DNA of 64,000 bases from Candidatus Poribacteria bacterium (GTDB taxonomy: Bacteria > Poribacteria > WGA-4E > JAJDTR01). The notes beneath the pieces were generated by a model that worked only from the letters and a program-made list of their open reading frames with translations, was not told where the DNA came from and did not search any database. Below, piece after piece: positions 1 through 9,504 of the stretch (position 1 is its first letter; each line of letters starts with the position of its first letter). The position numbers and the translations under genes were made by a program. The stretch lies in the NCBI GenBank assembly GCA_965232235.1, contig OZ246960.1, positions 3,405,397-3,469,396 on the forward strand, read 5' to 3'.

Positions 1-234
1 TTGAGCGCGTCCGCAAGATCTGGAGAAAACAATTGTAGAACCGTCATCTCCTCGACCGTGGTCCAATTCCGGTCGACAGAGGTGTGTAATGGCCGCTTAA
101 TGCAAATACCGGGATTTTACCGGATAACCGAGAGAGCCGTTGTTTAAAGGGGCGCTTACCAATTTTCTTGACTTGGGCGCAAGTCAACATTATGATATTG
201 ACCGCCCGATCCGCGTTAAACAACATGCTAAACC

Positions 235-429
235 ATGACTGAAAAAACGTCATAACTTGATCTTGGGTAAAGGAATTCATTGCTCTGATTGTCTCGCATC
301 CATTCTACGTCATGTCAACCAAATTGATGGCGTCTTGCAAGTGAATGTCCGCTTAGCAAAAAATTCTCGTGGATCGAACATGATTCATAATACGTCAAGC
401 GGGGCCAGAGCGAACAGCTAGTTGAACAA
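235..429 (+). pseudogene. Degenerate N-terminal heavy-metal-associated (HMA) domain of the downstream P1B ATPase
   Basis: Frame 2 reads GIHCSDCLASILRHVNQIDGVLQVNVRL (GxxCxxC, first Cys codon at 281). Frame 1 continues WIEHDS*YVKRGQSEQLVEQLGY in frame with the ATPase. Frameshift near the A-run at ~358-363 and in-frame TAA at 388-390. Confidence 0.7.
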
Positions 430-2379
430 TTGGGTTATCGCATGGCGGCTGAGAGTGTACGTTCGCGGTGCACAGAGAATCGCGAACTAATGTTTAGCCT
501 ATTGTGTGGATTGTGCCTCTTTGTCGGGTGGATCGGAGAACGTATCCTTGGATTTCCATTCCCCTTTGGAGCAGTTTACCACATAAGCGCCGTAAGTTTA
601 TTCTTCTATTTTGCAGCTTATGTGTTTGGCGGATTTGATATAGTCCGCCACGCAATGGGCACGATAAAGGAACGACAGTTCGATATAGACCTGTTGATGG
701 TGGTGGCGGCGATTGGTGCGGCTCTTTTGGGAGAGTTTAGCGAAGGAGCGCTGTTGCTGTTTCTGTTCGGCATAGGGCATGCATTGGAGGAACGGACACT
801 TGATAAGGCTCGTAATGCGATTCATAGCTTAGCAGAACTTGCGCCAAAAACGGCGATAGTGAAAGATGGGGCTGGGGAATCACAGCAAGATGTTGATGAC
901 CTGAAAATCGGGGCAGTGGTAATCGTGAAGCCTGGTATGCGTATTCCCGTTGATGGTGAAGTGCTCGCTGGCAGCACTACCGTCGATGAGTCCACTATCA
1001 CGGGAGAATCTGTCCCGGTGGATAAAGAACCAGGGTCGCAAATGTTCACAGGGGGAATTAATGGAGATGGGAGCGTGGAAGTTCGCGTATCACGTCTTTC
1101 GGATGACACAATGCTGGCTCGCGTGGAGGCAATGGTTGCAGAAGCGCAAGCCCAAGAATCAAATTCACAGCGGATTACGCAGAAGTTTTCACGAATCTTC
1201 GTCCCCCTGATTCTCATTGGCGACATTTTCATGATTCTGCTCCTTCTTTTTTTCGGCTTTCCGTTTAATGATTCCTTCCTACGGGGCTTGGTACTATTGG
1301 TAGCGGCTTCTCCCTGCGCACTTGCGCTCGGTCCGCCTTCTGCAATTCTTGCAGGGATTGCACAGGCAGCTCGAAACGGCGTACTCATTAAGGGAGGAAT
1401 TCACTTAGAAAATTTAGGAGATGTGAAAGCGGTTGCTTTTGACAAAACCGGCACCTTGACCAGAGGAAAACCCGAAGTTACCGACCTAATCTCGGTTGGC
1501 GAACTGGAGGTAAACCATTGGTTATGCATGGCGGCGGCGGTGGAAAATCGGTCTGCCCACCCGATTGCGCAGGCTATTGTTGATGTTGCCACCGAGAGCG
1601 GGCTCAGAATGCTGGAAGTAGCGGAAGTAGAATCAATGACCGGACGCGGAATCAAAGCGACAGTATCGGGAACAACTGTCTGTATAGGCAACTTAAAATT
1701 GTATCATGATTCACATGTAGATATACAAGCATCGGTACAGACGCACATCACGAATCTCGAAGAACAGGGAAAAACTGTCATGCTGGTTGCTGTTGATCGT
1801 CAGCCCATGGGTATAATTGCAGTTGCAGACGTATTGCGTCCAGAGGCGAAGAGCGTACTTGTACAACTGAAACAGATGAAGATTAGACAAACCGTCATGT
1901 TGACGGGTGACAACGAACGTGTGGCGTCTTATATCGCTCAGCAGGCAAATGTCACGGAATTTAAAGCGAGTCTGCTCCCGGAAGATAAAGTAAAATACAT
2001 CCGGGAACTCGTTGATTCATATCGTAACGTAACAATGGTTGGAGATGGTGTTAATGATGCGCCTGCACTTGCCAACGCGACAACGGGCATTGCTATTGGT
2101 GGCGCCGGAACGGATGTGGCTCTTGAGACGGCTGACGCTGCACTAATGGCTAACGATTTATCTAAACTCCCGTTTGCAATAGGGCTTGGTCGTGCCACAC
2201 GGAGGATTATTTCGCAGAATCTTATGATTGCGCTGGTTGTAATTGGTGGGCTCATTGTTTCTTCGGTTTTTGGTCTAGCAACTATAGGAATTGCCATAAT
2301 TTTTCACGAAGGCAGTACGATTCTCGTCGTTCTAAACTCATTACGCCTGTTACAGGTCCGACACAGATTGAACAACTGA
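430..2379 (+). CDS. Heavy-metal translocating P1B-type ATPase (P1B-4, Zn/Co/Cd type)
   Basis: TGES actuator motif, SPC in the TM helix, DKTGTLT phosphorylation site, GDGVNDAP hinge, HEGST in the last TM. True start uncertain (ATG 442 or 490). Confidence 0.95.
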   Translation: MGYRMAAESVRSRCTENRELMFSLLCGLCLFVGWIGERILGFPFPFGAVYHISAVSLFFYFAAYVFGGFDIVRHAMGTIKERQFDIDLLMVVAAIGAALLGEFSEGALLLFLFGIGHALEERTLDKARNAIHSLAELAPKTAIVKDGAGESQQDVDDLKIGAVVIVKPGMRIPVDGEVLAGSTTVDESTITGESVPVDKEPGSQMFTGGINGDGSVEVRVSRLSDDTMLARVEAMVAEAQAQESNSQRITQKFSRIFVPLILIGDIFMILLLLFFGFPFNDSFLRGLVLLVAASPCALALGPPSAILAGIAQAARNGVLIKGGIHLENLGDVKAVAFDKTGTLTRGKPEVTDLISVGELEVNHWLCMAAAVENRSAHPIAQAIVDVATESGLRMLEVAEVESMTGRGIKATVSGTTVCIGNLKLYHDSHVDIQASVQTHITNLEEQGKTVMLVAVDRQPMGIIAVADVLRPEAKSVLVQLKQMKIRQTVMLTGDNERVASYIAQQANVTEFKASLLPEDKVKYIRELVDSYRNVTMVGDGVNDAPALANATTGIAIGGAGTDVALETADAALMANDLSKLPFAIGLGRATRRIISQNLMIALVVIGGLIVSSVFGLATIGIAIIFHEGSTILVVLNSLRLLQVRHRLNN

Positions 2380-2389
2380 ACACCGCAAT

Positions 2390-3442
2390 TTGATTATGAT
2401 TCTTTTACCATGCGCCATTGTGAAGATTGATAAAAGTATCATCTACATGCTGTTGTTAATAACTCTAACGGGGTGTAGCGTTGAAAGCAAATCTTCACCA
2501 TCAACATCTGGCTTAGCCGTCGTTATCATGCTGACCATGTTTTTCGCGTCCTTGGTGGCTGGGGCTATTCCACTGCTTGGTATAGGCACCCACACTAACC
2601 TCTTACGCTGGGCGACGAGCCTCGCCGCGGGGTTCTTAATCTCGTCCGCGTTATTGGTTGCTTTGCCCGAAGGATTTCACCTTGTATCTAGAGACGGGAG
2701 TGAGGCTCACATATCGCATGCGAATAAAAGTGAATCACACGGAAATTACCAGAACGACGTCGATGCGCATGAACACAACGAGGGACGTTCCTTTCATCGT
2801 TTATTTAGTTTCGGTGCTTACCAAACCGCGGGACTTGCACTGTTAATGGGATTCTTGCTGATGCTAGCGATTGAATCGCTAGGCTTCGGTCATGCTTTGC
2901 ACGAAGAACATCATCCCGAAGGCTCGGGTGAGGACCATATACACCATCCATCCAGCGATTCCTCGCATGGAAAGGGACTGGCAACCTCAATTGTAATCGG
3001 TTTGAGTATCCACGCAATCACGGATGGACTGGCGGTGGGGGCCGCGTTGGCGACAAACTCTATTCCATTGACGGTACCGCTAATGCTGGGGATAGTCATG
3101 CATAAGATGCCTGCCGCATTCAGCCTTTCCGCGTTTAGCCAACATTCCCATGGTGATGTCCGACGTACATGGAAAGAGCTGATTGTCTTTAGTCTAGCGA
3201 CGCCGATAGCCTTGTTAATCGCTTGGCGTGTCTTGGGAGAGTTGGAAGTGTACTGGCTGGGGCTTGCGGTATTGGCATCGGCGGGCACTTTGCTCTACGT
3301 TGCAACTGTCGATGTGCTGCCCAACGTCATTCATGGTGCGAATCGAAAGATGGTGTTTCTACAGGTAGCTATCGGTACGGCCGTTATTCTCGTTTTGTTA
3401 TTGGTTCTTGAATCGCTCGGTTTAGGAGCACATCCCCATTAA
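2390..3442 (+). CDS. ZIP family metal transporter (ZIP9-like) with His-rich loops
   Basis: IHAITDGLAVG and MHKMPAAF metal-site motifs, ALPEG motif, multiple TM helices, two His-rich loops. Confidence 0.9.
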   Translation: MIMILLPCAIVKIDKSIIYMLLLITLTGCSVESKSSPSTSGLAVVIMLTMFFASLVAGAIPLLGIGTHTNLLRWATSLAAGFLISSALLVALPEGFHLVSRDGSEAHISHANKSESHGNYQNDVDAHEHNEGRSFHRLFSFGAYQTAGLALLMGFLLMLAIESLGFGHALHEEHHPEGSGEDHIHHPSSDSSHGKGLATSIVIGLSIHAITDGLAVGAALATNSIPLTVPLMLGIVMHKMPAAFSLSAFSQHSHGDVRRTWKELIVFSLATPIALLIAWRVLGELEVYWLGLAVLASAGTLLYVATVDVLPNVIHGANRKMVFLQVAIGTAVILVLLLVLESLGLGAHPH

Positions 3443-3604
3443 TTGTCGGCAACCAAGCAATCCATTGACGATAAGGTCGCGACTAGCCATGGTTTGAAGG
3501 CACGTTGGATCCAAGCGCATTTCGTGCTTTCCCCGATCGTTTGAAAAAGCGCATGCATCTGTAGGGCATTCATGATCCACTAAAATACCTAAGGGAGAAA
3601 GTCA

Positions 3605-4717
3605 ATGAAAATAGATCGAATAGATGTTTACTATGTCAGTTTGCCATTGGTATATCCTTGGCGAACCGCTTATGGCGAGGATCCGAGCATCCATTCCGTT
3701 CTCGTGCGAATGGAATCGGACGGGCAAGAGGGCTGGGGCGAATCAACGCCGTTGAAAGCCCCTGCATATACCCCTGAATCGGCAATGTCTGTATTTCATA
3801 ACATTGTCGAATATATTGCTCCAGCCTTGGTGGGCAAGTCGTTTGAGACTGCGGAAGACCTATTGGGTGCTTATAGTTGGATGAAGGGGAACCCGTTTGC
3901 GAAGGCGGGACCGGAGATCGCGTGGTGGATGCTGCAAGCGAATAGCCAAAACAAACCCTTGCACGAACTAATCGGTGGGGAGTTCAGAAAAGTTGAAGCG
4001 GGTGCCGACTTCGGGGTACAGGATTCAATCGACATGTTGTTGGATAAGATTCAAGGCGCGGTGAATGACGGCTTCAAACGGGTCAAACTCAAAGTACGCC
4101 CGAACTGGGATTTGGAAATGCTACAGGTAGTCTGTTCGACTTTCCCCCAACAGACTTTCCACATTGATTGTAATTCGGGATATTCGCTGGATGACATTGA
4201 CTTTTTCAAACAGGTTGACAAGCTGGGGTTGGCGATGATTGAACAGCCGCTGTTTCACACCGATTTGCTAGACCATGCGGAATTACAGAGGCAAATTGGG
4301 ACCCCTGTGTGTTTGGACGAATCCATTACATCCGTCCGTACCTTTGAGTGGGCATTGAAGTTGAAGTCCTGTCAGATTCTAAATCTAAAAACCGGTCGGG
4401 TAGGCGGCTTGTCGGTAACAGTCAAACTCCACGACATGGCACTGGACGCCGGCATACCCTGTTGGGTTGGGAGTATGTTGGAGAGCGGCATCGGCGCGGG
4501 CATTTTGGTTGAACTGGGGACGCTCGGCAATTTCACGTATCCCGGCGACTTGTTTCCAAGTCAGTTTTTCTACCGCCAAGATTTGACGGAGCAAGAGTTG
4601 GTTCTTAACGATGACTGCACGTTCACCCCGTCACGAGTGGCCGGAACTCCCTACAAACCGGTGTTGGAGCGCGTGAAGAAGGCGGCATTGCACAATCATA
4701 CAATAGAGACCAAGTGA
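3605..4717 (+). CDS. menC: o-succinylbenzoate synthase / N-succinylamino acid racemase (enolase superfamily)
   Basis: GWGE N-terminal motif, KLK, metal ligands DCN / EQP / DES, GSMLES, PGDLFPS. Confidence 0.85.
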   Translation: MKIDRIDVYYVSLPLVYPWRTAYGEDPSIHSVLVRMESDGQEGWGESTPLKAPAYTPESAMSVFHNIVEYIAPALVGKSFETAEDLLGAYSWMKGNPFAKAGPEIAWWMLQANSQNKPLHELIGGEFRKVEAGADFGVQDSIDMLLDKIQGAVNDGFKRVKLKVRPNWDLEMLQVVCSTFPQQTFHIDCNSGYSLDDIDFFKQVDKLGLAMIEQPLFHTDLLDHAELQRQIGTPVCLDESITSVRTFEWALKLKSCQILNLKTGRVGGLSVTVKLHDMALDAGIPCWVGSMLESGIGAGILVELGTLGNFTYPGDLFPSQFFYRQDLTEQELVLNDDCTFTPSRVAGTPYKPVLERVKKAALHNHTIETK

Positions 4718-4896
4718 CCGAATTGAGTTACGACGAGATTCGGGCACACGTTTGAATGAACTGAAACGGTTTGGTACTCATTCGGTAACACCAATTCTCG
4801 CCGTGTGAGTCGTCGCTGTGGCGAAATGACTGCGCAATTCTCACCACAGTTCGGATCTGTCGTGAAATTGTCAGTTATTCGGCAGCCGCGGATTGA

Positions 4897-6378
4897 TTAA
4901 CGACTGAGAACTCGGGCGGTCTCCGGCGCTGTAGTTGGCAAACGCCGTTTCGCCAATGTGTCCGGAGGAATATAGTTCTTGTGATCGGCTATGCTGCCGT
5001 GCGTTAGTGCGTAGACTACGACATTTGTCATGAATCGATAGACACCGGGAGAGTAGTGTACTGATCGAGTCGGCAGACTGACGGCCTCCATGGCACACAT
5101 ATAATCGCGCCTAACGACTATCACGGACAGTTTATCTCCAATCGATATCCCTTCAAGGAAATTCCGTCTCTGCGGCCTCGTTCCCCACCAGAATATATCG
5201 AACCCGACGGGAGGCCCGCCCATTTCATAGTAGTTGCTGTAAATTTCGTGGTCGTTGGGAATGCGTTCAATCTGATGCTCGGGCATAACGTACCGCATTT
5301 GAGCCAGAAACAGACGAACCATTGCCTGCGCCGGGGCGTTCACGCCGCAGTCGTCAAATACCATGAGACCACCACTCTCAATCAGATATCGACGTAACCC
5401 CGCCGCCTCAGTTGGCGTGAACCGATTGCCTAATCTCCCGCCACCGTACTGACTACCGAGTAGATTGTGAGATCTCACAATCGAAGGATCGTGTCCTGTC
5501 ATGAAGACAAGCGGACTCTTGTGCAGATTGGCATCAGTCAACCTAATTGCCCCTCCTTCTACGTTCATGTCCGCCTTGATTTTCGTGCGTTCGTTCAGCC
5601 ATTTTGTCAAAGCATTAAGTGAAGACGAATCAGCCCACCAATCAGAAAGATTGTGGCGAATTCTAGTGAAACGCAGCACACCGCGAATATCCCTTCCTGC
5701 ACCGACAATCTCACCACCGGGTTCACCTCTAGGTAACGGCGGGACTTCAACATTTCCCAGTCGAATTTTTCCGGTAACATCAGCCAAGAGATCTGATTCG
5801 CGCGCAGCTCCGACGCTTTCTACCATGGAGAGTCCGGGAATTCGCGGCGATCCTACCGTGTGCTGCACGCTAACTCCCGCGAAACCACGACTCGTAGTCC
5901 CATGGGGCGTGCGGAGGCTGCTTTCGACCGGAGCGGAAAACTCTAGCGCCTCGGGAGAATCGGAAGTCAACGATTCTACCTGTGCGACCGGACGTGGTGC
6001 CTGCGCGGTGGCTGTTGCCACCGTAGGGACTTTTGGTTGGATCGGTGCCGCGATTTTAATGACTTGGTGGGTAATCTCTTGTGCAGCTTGCGGTGGTACA
6101 CCGGAACGCAGCGAAGAGGTTATTATATCTCTCTTTGCAGCAGGGACCAGGTCCTCGGTTACGGGACTGTGTTGTCGCACGGTTGATTGAATTGGCGGTT
6201 TGACAATATGCGGCGGCCTAGGCGGCGTTGGTGGTTTGCTCGGTTGGAGAATGTCCACTTCTATTAGATTCTTGAATTCTTGGGTCTGGCTCAGCAAGTA
6301 CAAACCCGCGGCCAATGCGATAATTATGTGAATAACCACCGATGTCACAAACGCGCTGGAAGTTCTCTTGGTACTCAT
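4897..6378 (-). CDS. Membrane-anchored DUF4159-domain protein with Pro-rich linker
   Basis: N-terminal TM helix, Pro-rich spacer, C-terminal domain with PLVFMTGH, LRRYLIESGGLMVFDDC, IPNDHEIY, NVVVYALT. AGGAGA RBS before ATG 6378. Confidence 0.8.
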   Translation of the reverse strand: MSTKRTSSAFVTSVVIHIIIALAAGLYLLSQTQEFKNLIEVDILQPSKPPTPPRPPHIVKPPIQSTVRQHSPVTEDLVPAAKRDIITSSLRSGVPPQAAQEITHQVIKIAAPIQPKVPTVATATAQAPRPVAQVESLTSDSPEALEFSAPVESSLRTPHGTTSRGFAGVSVQHTVGSPRIPGLSMVESVGAARESDLLADVTGKIRLGNVEVPPLPRGEPGGEIVGAGRDIRGVLRFTRIRHNLSDWWADSSSLNALTKWLNERTKIKADMNVEGGAIRLTDANLHKSPLVFMTGHDPSIVRSHNLLGSQYGGGRLGNRFTPTEAAGLRRYLIESGGLMVFDDCGVNAPAQAMVRLFLAQMRYVMPEHQIERIPNDHEIYSNYYEMGGPPVGFDIFWWGTRPQRRNFLEGISIGDKLSVIVVRRDYMCAMEAVSLPTRSVHYSPGVYRFMTNVVVYALTHGSIADHKNYIPPDTLAKRRLPTTAPETARVLSR

Positions 6379-6665
6379 GGCATGTCTCCTCACTTTGTTG
6401 GCTCAATCGTTGGAATGCGGGAATTCGTGGCGCGCTCACCCACCTACGCCTCCTGAGCGAATATCAGGCGGTGAGTTCATGGGTGCAAGATACCGCACTC
6501 GTCGACCTTACGAACACCCGTTGGAATTTGCCGGAAAACGGAACTTTCCAGATTCACGATAACGCTTGAACAGTAGCCCCGTTTTATTGGTACAAACCCG
6601 TAATACGCAGAAGCCAAGACATGTCATTTCGCGCGATAGACATTTAATCAGCAAATGCGATATAT

Positions 6666-6681
6666 AGCAATTTATGTGCCA
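6666..6681 (-). promoter_or_regulatory. Sigma-54 (-24/-12) promoter facing the DUF4159 gene
   Basis: Minus strand reads TGGCAC-ATAAA-TTGCT, a full match to TGGCAC-N5-TTGCW. Palindromic candidate activator sites at 6747-6762 and 6780-6795. Confidence 0.75.
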
Positions 6682-6901
6682 CGCCCTGTAAATCCTTTAA
6701 CCGTGGGATTTTTGAGCCGACATCATTATAGTACATCAACACGCCGTGCCCAGAATTGGGTAGCCTTTCTACACCTCGCTGTACCAGATGGTGCAATTAT
6801 TAGGAATTGTCCTTAACGTCTGGAAATTCCTTCTCAATAGCTGTCCTATATCTCACTTGTACCCCGAAATGCCGATTCTCACGTGTGTCTAGTATTTCAG
6901 A

Positions 6902-8812
6902 ATGGCAAAACAACACCCTCTTTACCCCATTTCAAAGCGAACTGTACTCATTGGCTGCCTGTTGATTGTCATCAACACCTACTGGCTTGCATATGCAGAG
7001 ATGCTTTGGCACACGGCGCATCTCACGACGGTTGCATTATCGATTAATGTACTATTTACGCTGTTGATTATTACATGGTTGAACATGATTATTCGGCGGA
7101 TTCTACCTAGAGCCGAACTCAGTCAGCAGGAGATGCTCGTAATTTTTTCGATGGTCGCCGTTGGGAGCGCTTTCTCGGGCCATGACAACATACCGCGTTT
7201 GATGGGACTGATGCCTTATGCACATCGATTTGCAACCCTCGAAAATGACTGGAGAGCGCTATTTTTCCATCATCTACCTGACTGGCTTATTATCTCCGAT
7301 TCACGGACCGTTCAGAACTTCTATGAGGGGAATCGCAATTTTTTCACAGATGGCTATTTGACGCACTGGATTACGCCGATATTTTTTTGGTCAATTATGG
7401 TATTTCTCCTAATGGTAATTTTCCTATGTTTATCCACAATCATCCGAAGACAGTGGGTCGAGAACGAAAAACTTCCATATCCGATAATCCAAATTCCGTA
7501 CGAGATTACGGCACGGTCTGGCGGGGTGTTTGGAAAGCGTTTGTCAGTTGCCGGTTTTGCGATACCGGTGATAATTGGGCTAATCAATGGATTGCACGGT
7601 GTCATACCAAATCTACCACAGATTATCACCGACTATGACCTCAATGTATACTTCACGCAGAAGCCGTGGAACGCACTGGGAAGTCTACCAGTTCGCTTTA
7701 ATGCGCTGATGATTGGAATAGCGTTTCTTCTACCCTTGGATCTTCTCTTTTCCTGCGTGTTTTTCTACTTTGTCAATAAAGCACAACTCTTAATCGGCAG
7801 TGCAGCCGGCCTTCAAAACGTCCCCGGATATCCATTTTTTGGAGAACAGGGCGCGGGTGCGCTGTTTGCCCTGTTGGTTGTTGCATGTTGGATCGGAAGG
7901 AAGCACATTTCTTACGTGTTTCGTCAAACCGTTCGATCAGAACGGATGCAAGACGCCACCGAACCGATTCCCTATAGATGGTCGGTGATTATATTGTGTG
8001 TCAGTCTTTTATTGTTGATGGGATTTTGCGTTAGGGGTGGGATGTCGATTTGGGCGTGCGCCGTTTTTGTGGGTGTGTATCTATCAGTTGTTCTTGGACT
8101 AGCACGGATGCGTGCCGAGTTGGGACCGCCAGTGCACGGAATCGGTTATGTGACGCCGCAATATCTGATAGTATCATTGTTCGGCACACGACATCTAAGA
8201 ACGCCGAATTTGACGATGCTTTCACTATTAAATTGGCTTAGCGGCGCAAGTTACGCTTCTTTTCGCACACATCCGATGCCAGACCAACTAGAGGCATTCA
8301 AACTCGCGAACCGAGCGGGAATCCGGAATCGAACGATGTTTGTTGTATTACTTATCGCCAGCATCGTCGGCATTGAATCTAGTCTCTTGATTTATCCTTA
8401 CACCATATATAAAACCGGAGTTGCGGCGAATGCGGAACAAATTCACGCGGGTGGGTTGGAGACCTATACTTTCCTTTCTTCTTGGCTGATTAATCCCCGG
8501 ACCACGAATTGGTTGGCGGTGATTGTTCTTGCTGCCGCGTTCCTTTTCAATCTTGGCGTGATGTTCATTCGTATTCGATATATATGGTGTCCACTTCACC
8601 CAGCGGGGTACGTCATCGGATTGGCACCGAATACGCCTGAACTCATTTGGTTTCCCCTGCTAGTTGCCATGGTCGCGAGGTGGTTGATACTCAAGCACGG
8701 CGGCATTAAGGGGTATCGGCGCGCGATTCCATTTTTCGTGGGATTGGCAATTGGAGAAACGTTGATGAGTTGCATCTGGGCTATACACAGCGTTGTCTTC
8801 CACACTACCTAA
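6902..8812 (+). CDS. DUF6785/DUF6784-type polytopic membrane protein (putative peptide transporter-like)
   Basis: 636 aa, many TMs, RRQWVENEKLPYP, RMRAELGPP and PLHPAGY motifs. Confidence 0.75.
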   Translation: MAKQHPLYPISKRTVLIGCLLIVINTYWLAYAEMLWHTAHLTTVALSINVLFTLLIITWLNMIIRRILPRAELSQQEMLVIFSMVAVGSAFSGHDNIPRLMGLMPYAHRFATLENDWRALFFHHLPDWLIISDSRTVQNFYEGNRNFFTDGYLTHWITPIFFWSIMVFLLMVIFLCLSTIIRRQWVENEKLPYPIIQIPYEITARSGGVFGKRLSVAGFAIPVIIGLINGLHGVIPNLPQIITDYDLNVYFTQKPWNALGSLPVRFNALMIGIAFLLPLDLLFSCVFFYFVNKAQLLIGSAAGLQNVPGYPFFGEQGAGALFALLVVACWIGRKHISYVFRQTVRSERMQDATEPIPYRWSVIILCVSLLLLMGFCVRGGMSIWACAVFVGVYLSVVLGLARMRAELGPPVHGIGYVTPQYLIVSLFGTRHLRTPNLTMLSLLNWLSGASYASFRTHPMPDQLEAFKLANRAGIRNRTMFVVLLIASIVGIESSLLIYPYTIYKTGVAANAEQIHAGGLETYTFLSSWLINPRTTNWLAVIVLAAAFLFNLGVMFIRIRYIWCPLHPAGYVIGLAPNTPELIWFPLLVAMVARWLILKHGGIKGYRRAIPFFVGLAIGETLMSCIWAIHSVVFHTT

Positions 8813-9128
8813 CCAAATGGCTCCTGGCAACATTTCTATTGACATTGATCTTGAAAGACGTATAATTTCCTCTCGGTGCATCGCGTATAGATAGCACGGA
8901 AATTAGGCAATACGGCGACATTTAGTTGAGCCAGAAAGTAGGGGTGCGGAAAATGTGGACATCGGAACGGACTCCCTGACGAATTGGTCGAATATCTGAG
9001 GGTCGGTGATGTAATTCCCCATCACGAGCCGTTGCTTTTCCCATACGGTAGTAACATCCCAACTTAGTCGTTCATTCGCTAAGTGTTTAATGCCTACGAG
9101 ACTGGCAAAAGAAACGCGTTCTACCATC

Positions 9129-9364
9129 CCGGTAGGTGCGATTAAGTGACCGAATCGGATCAAACGAGTGAATAGCGAGTGCGATAGAAATCCTAAAACG
9201 AGTGAATAGCGAGTAATCAAGTGAGTGGACAACGAACGCGATAGAAATCCCATAGAGATTCCCCAAACGAGCGGATAGCTCAAGTGAGTGAATAGCGAAT
9301 GCGATGGGGATCCTAGTGCGATAGTAGATTTCGCGCGATAGAGATCCCTTTCTAACCGCGCCGG
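9129..9364. repeat. GTAG-type REP-like hairpin split by a nested stack of ~35-bp micro-elements (9141-9347)
   Basis: Flanks rejoin as CCGGTAGGTGCG|CTTTCTAACCGCGCCGG. Intact units at 9159-9193, 9216-9250 and 9279-9313, plus split halves. Confidence 0.85.
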
Positions 9365-9504
9365 CACCCAACACCAACCATATTTTTTGGAAATAAACCA
9401 CTTATCGAGCGTAATGGAGTGCGAAACACCCTTGCAGAATGTAGGACATATCTAGGAAGGTTGAAGGACAACTCTATGATAGCTTTCAGAGCTTTTAGGA
9501 AAAC

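Noticed and set aside
9141-9347. Possible CRISPR array
   Set aside because: Units are nested and fragmented, with no unique spacers of regular length and no cas genes in the window.
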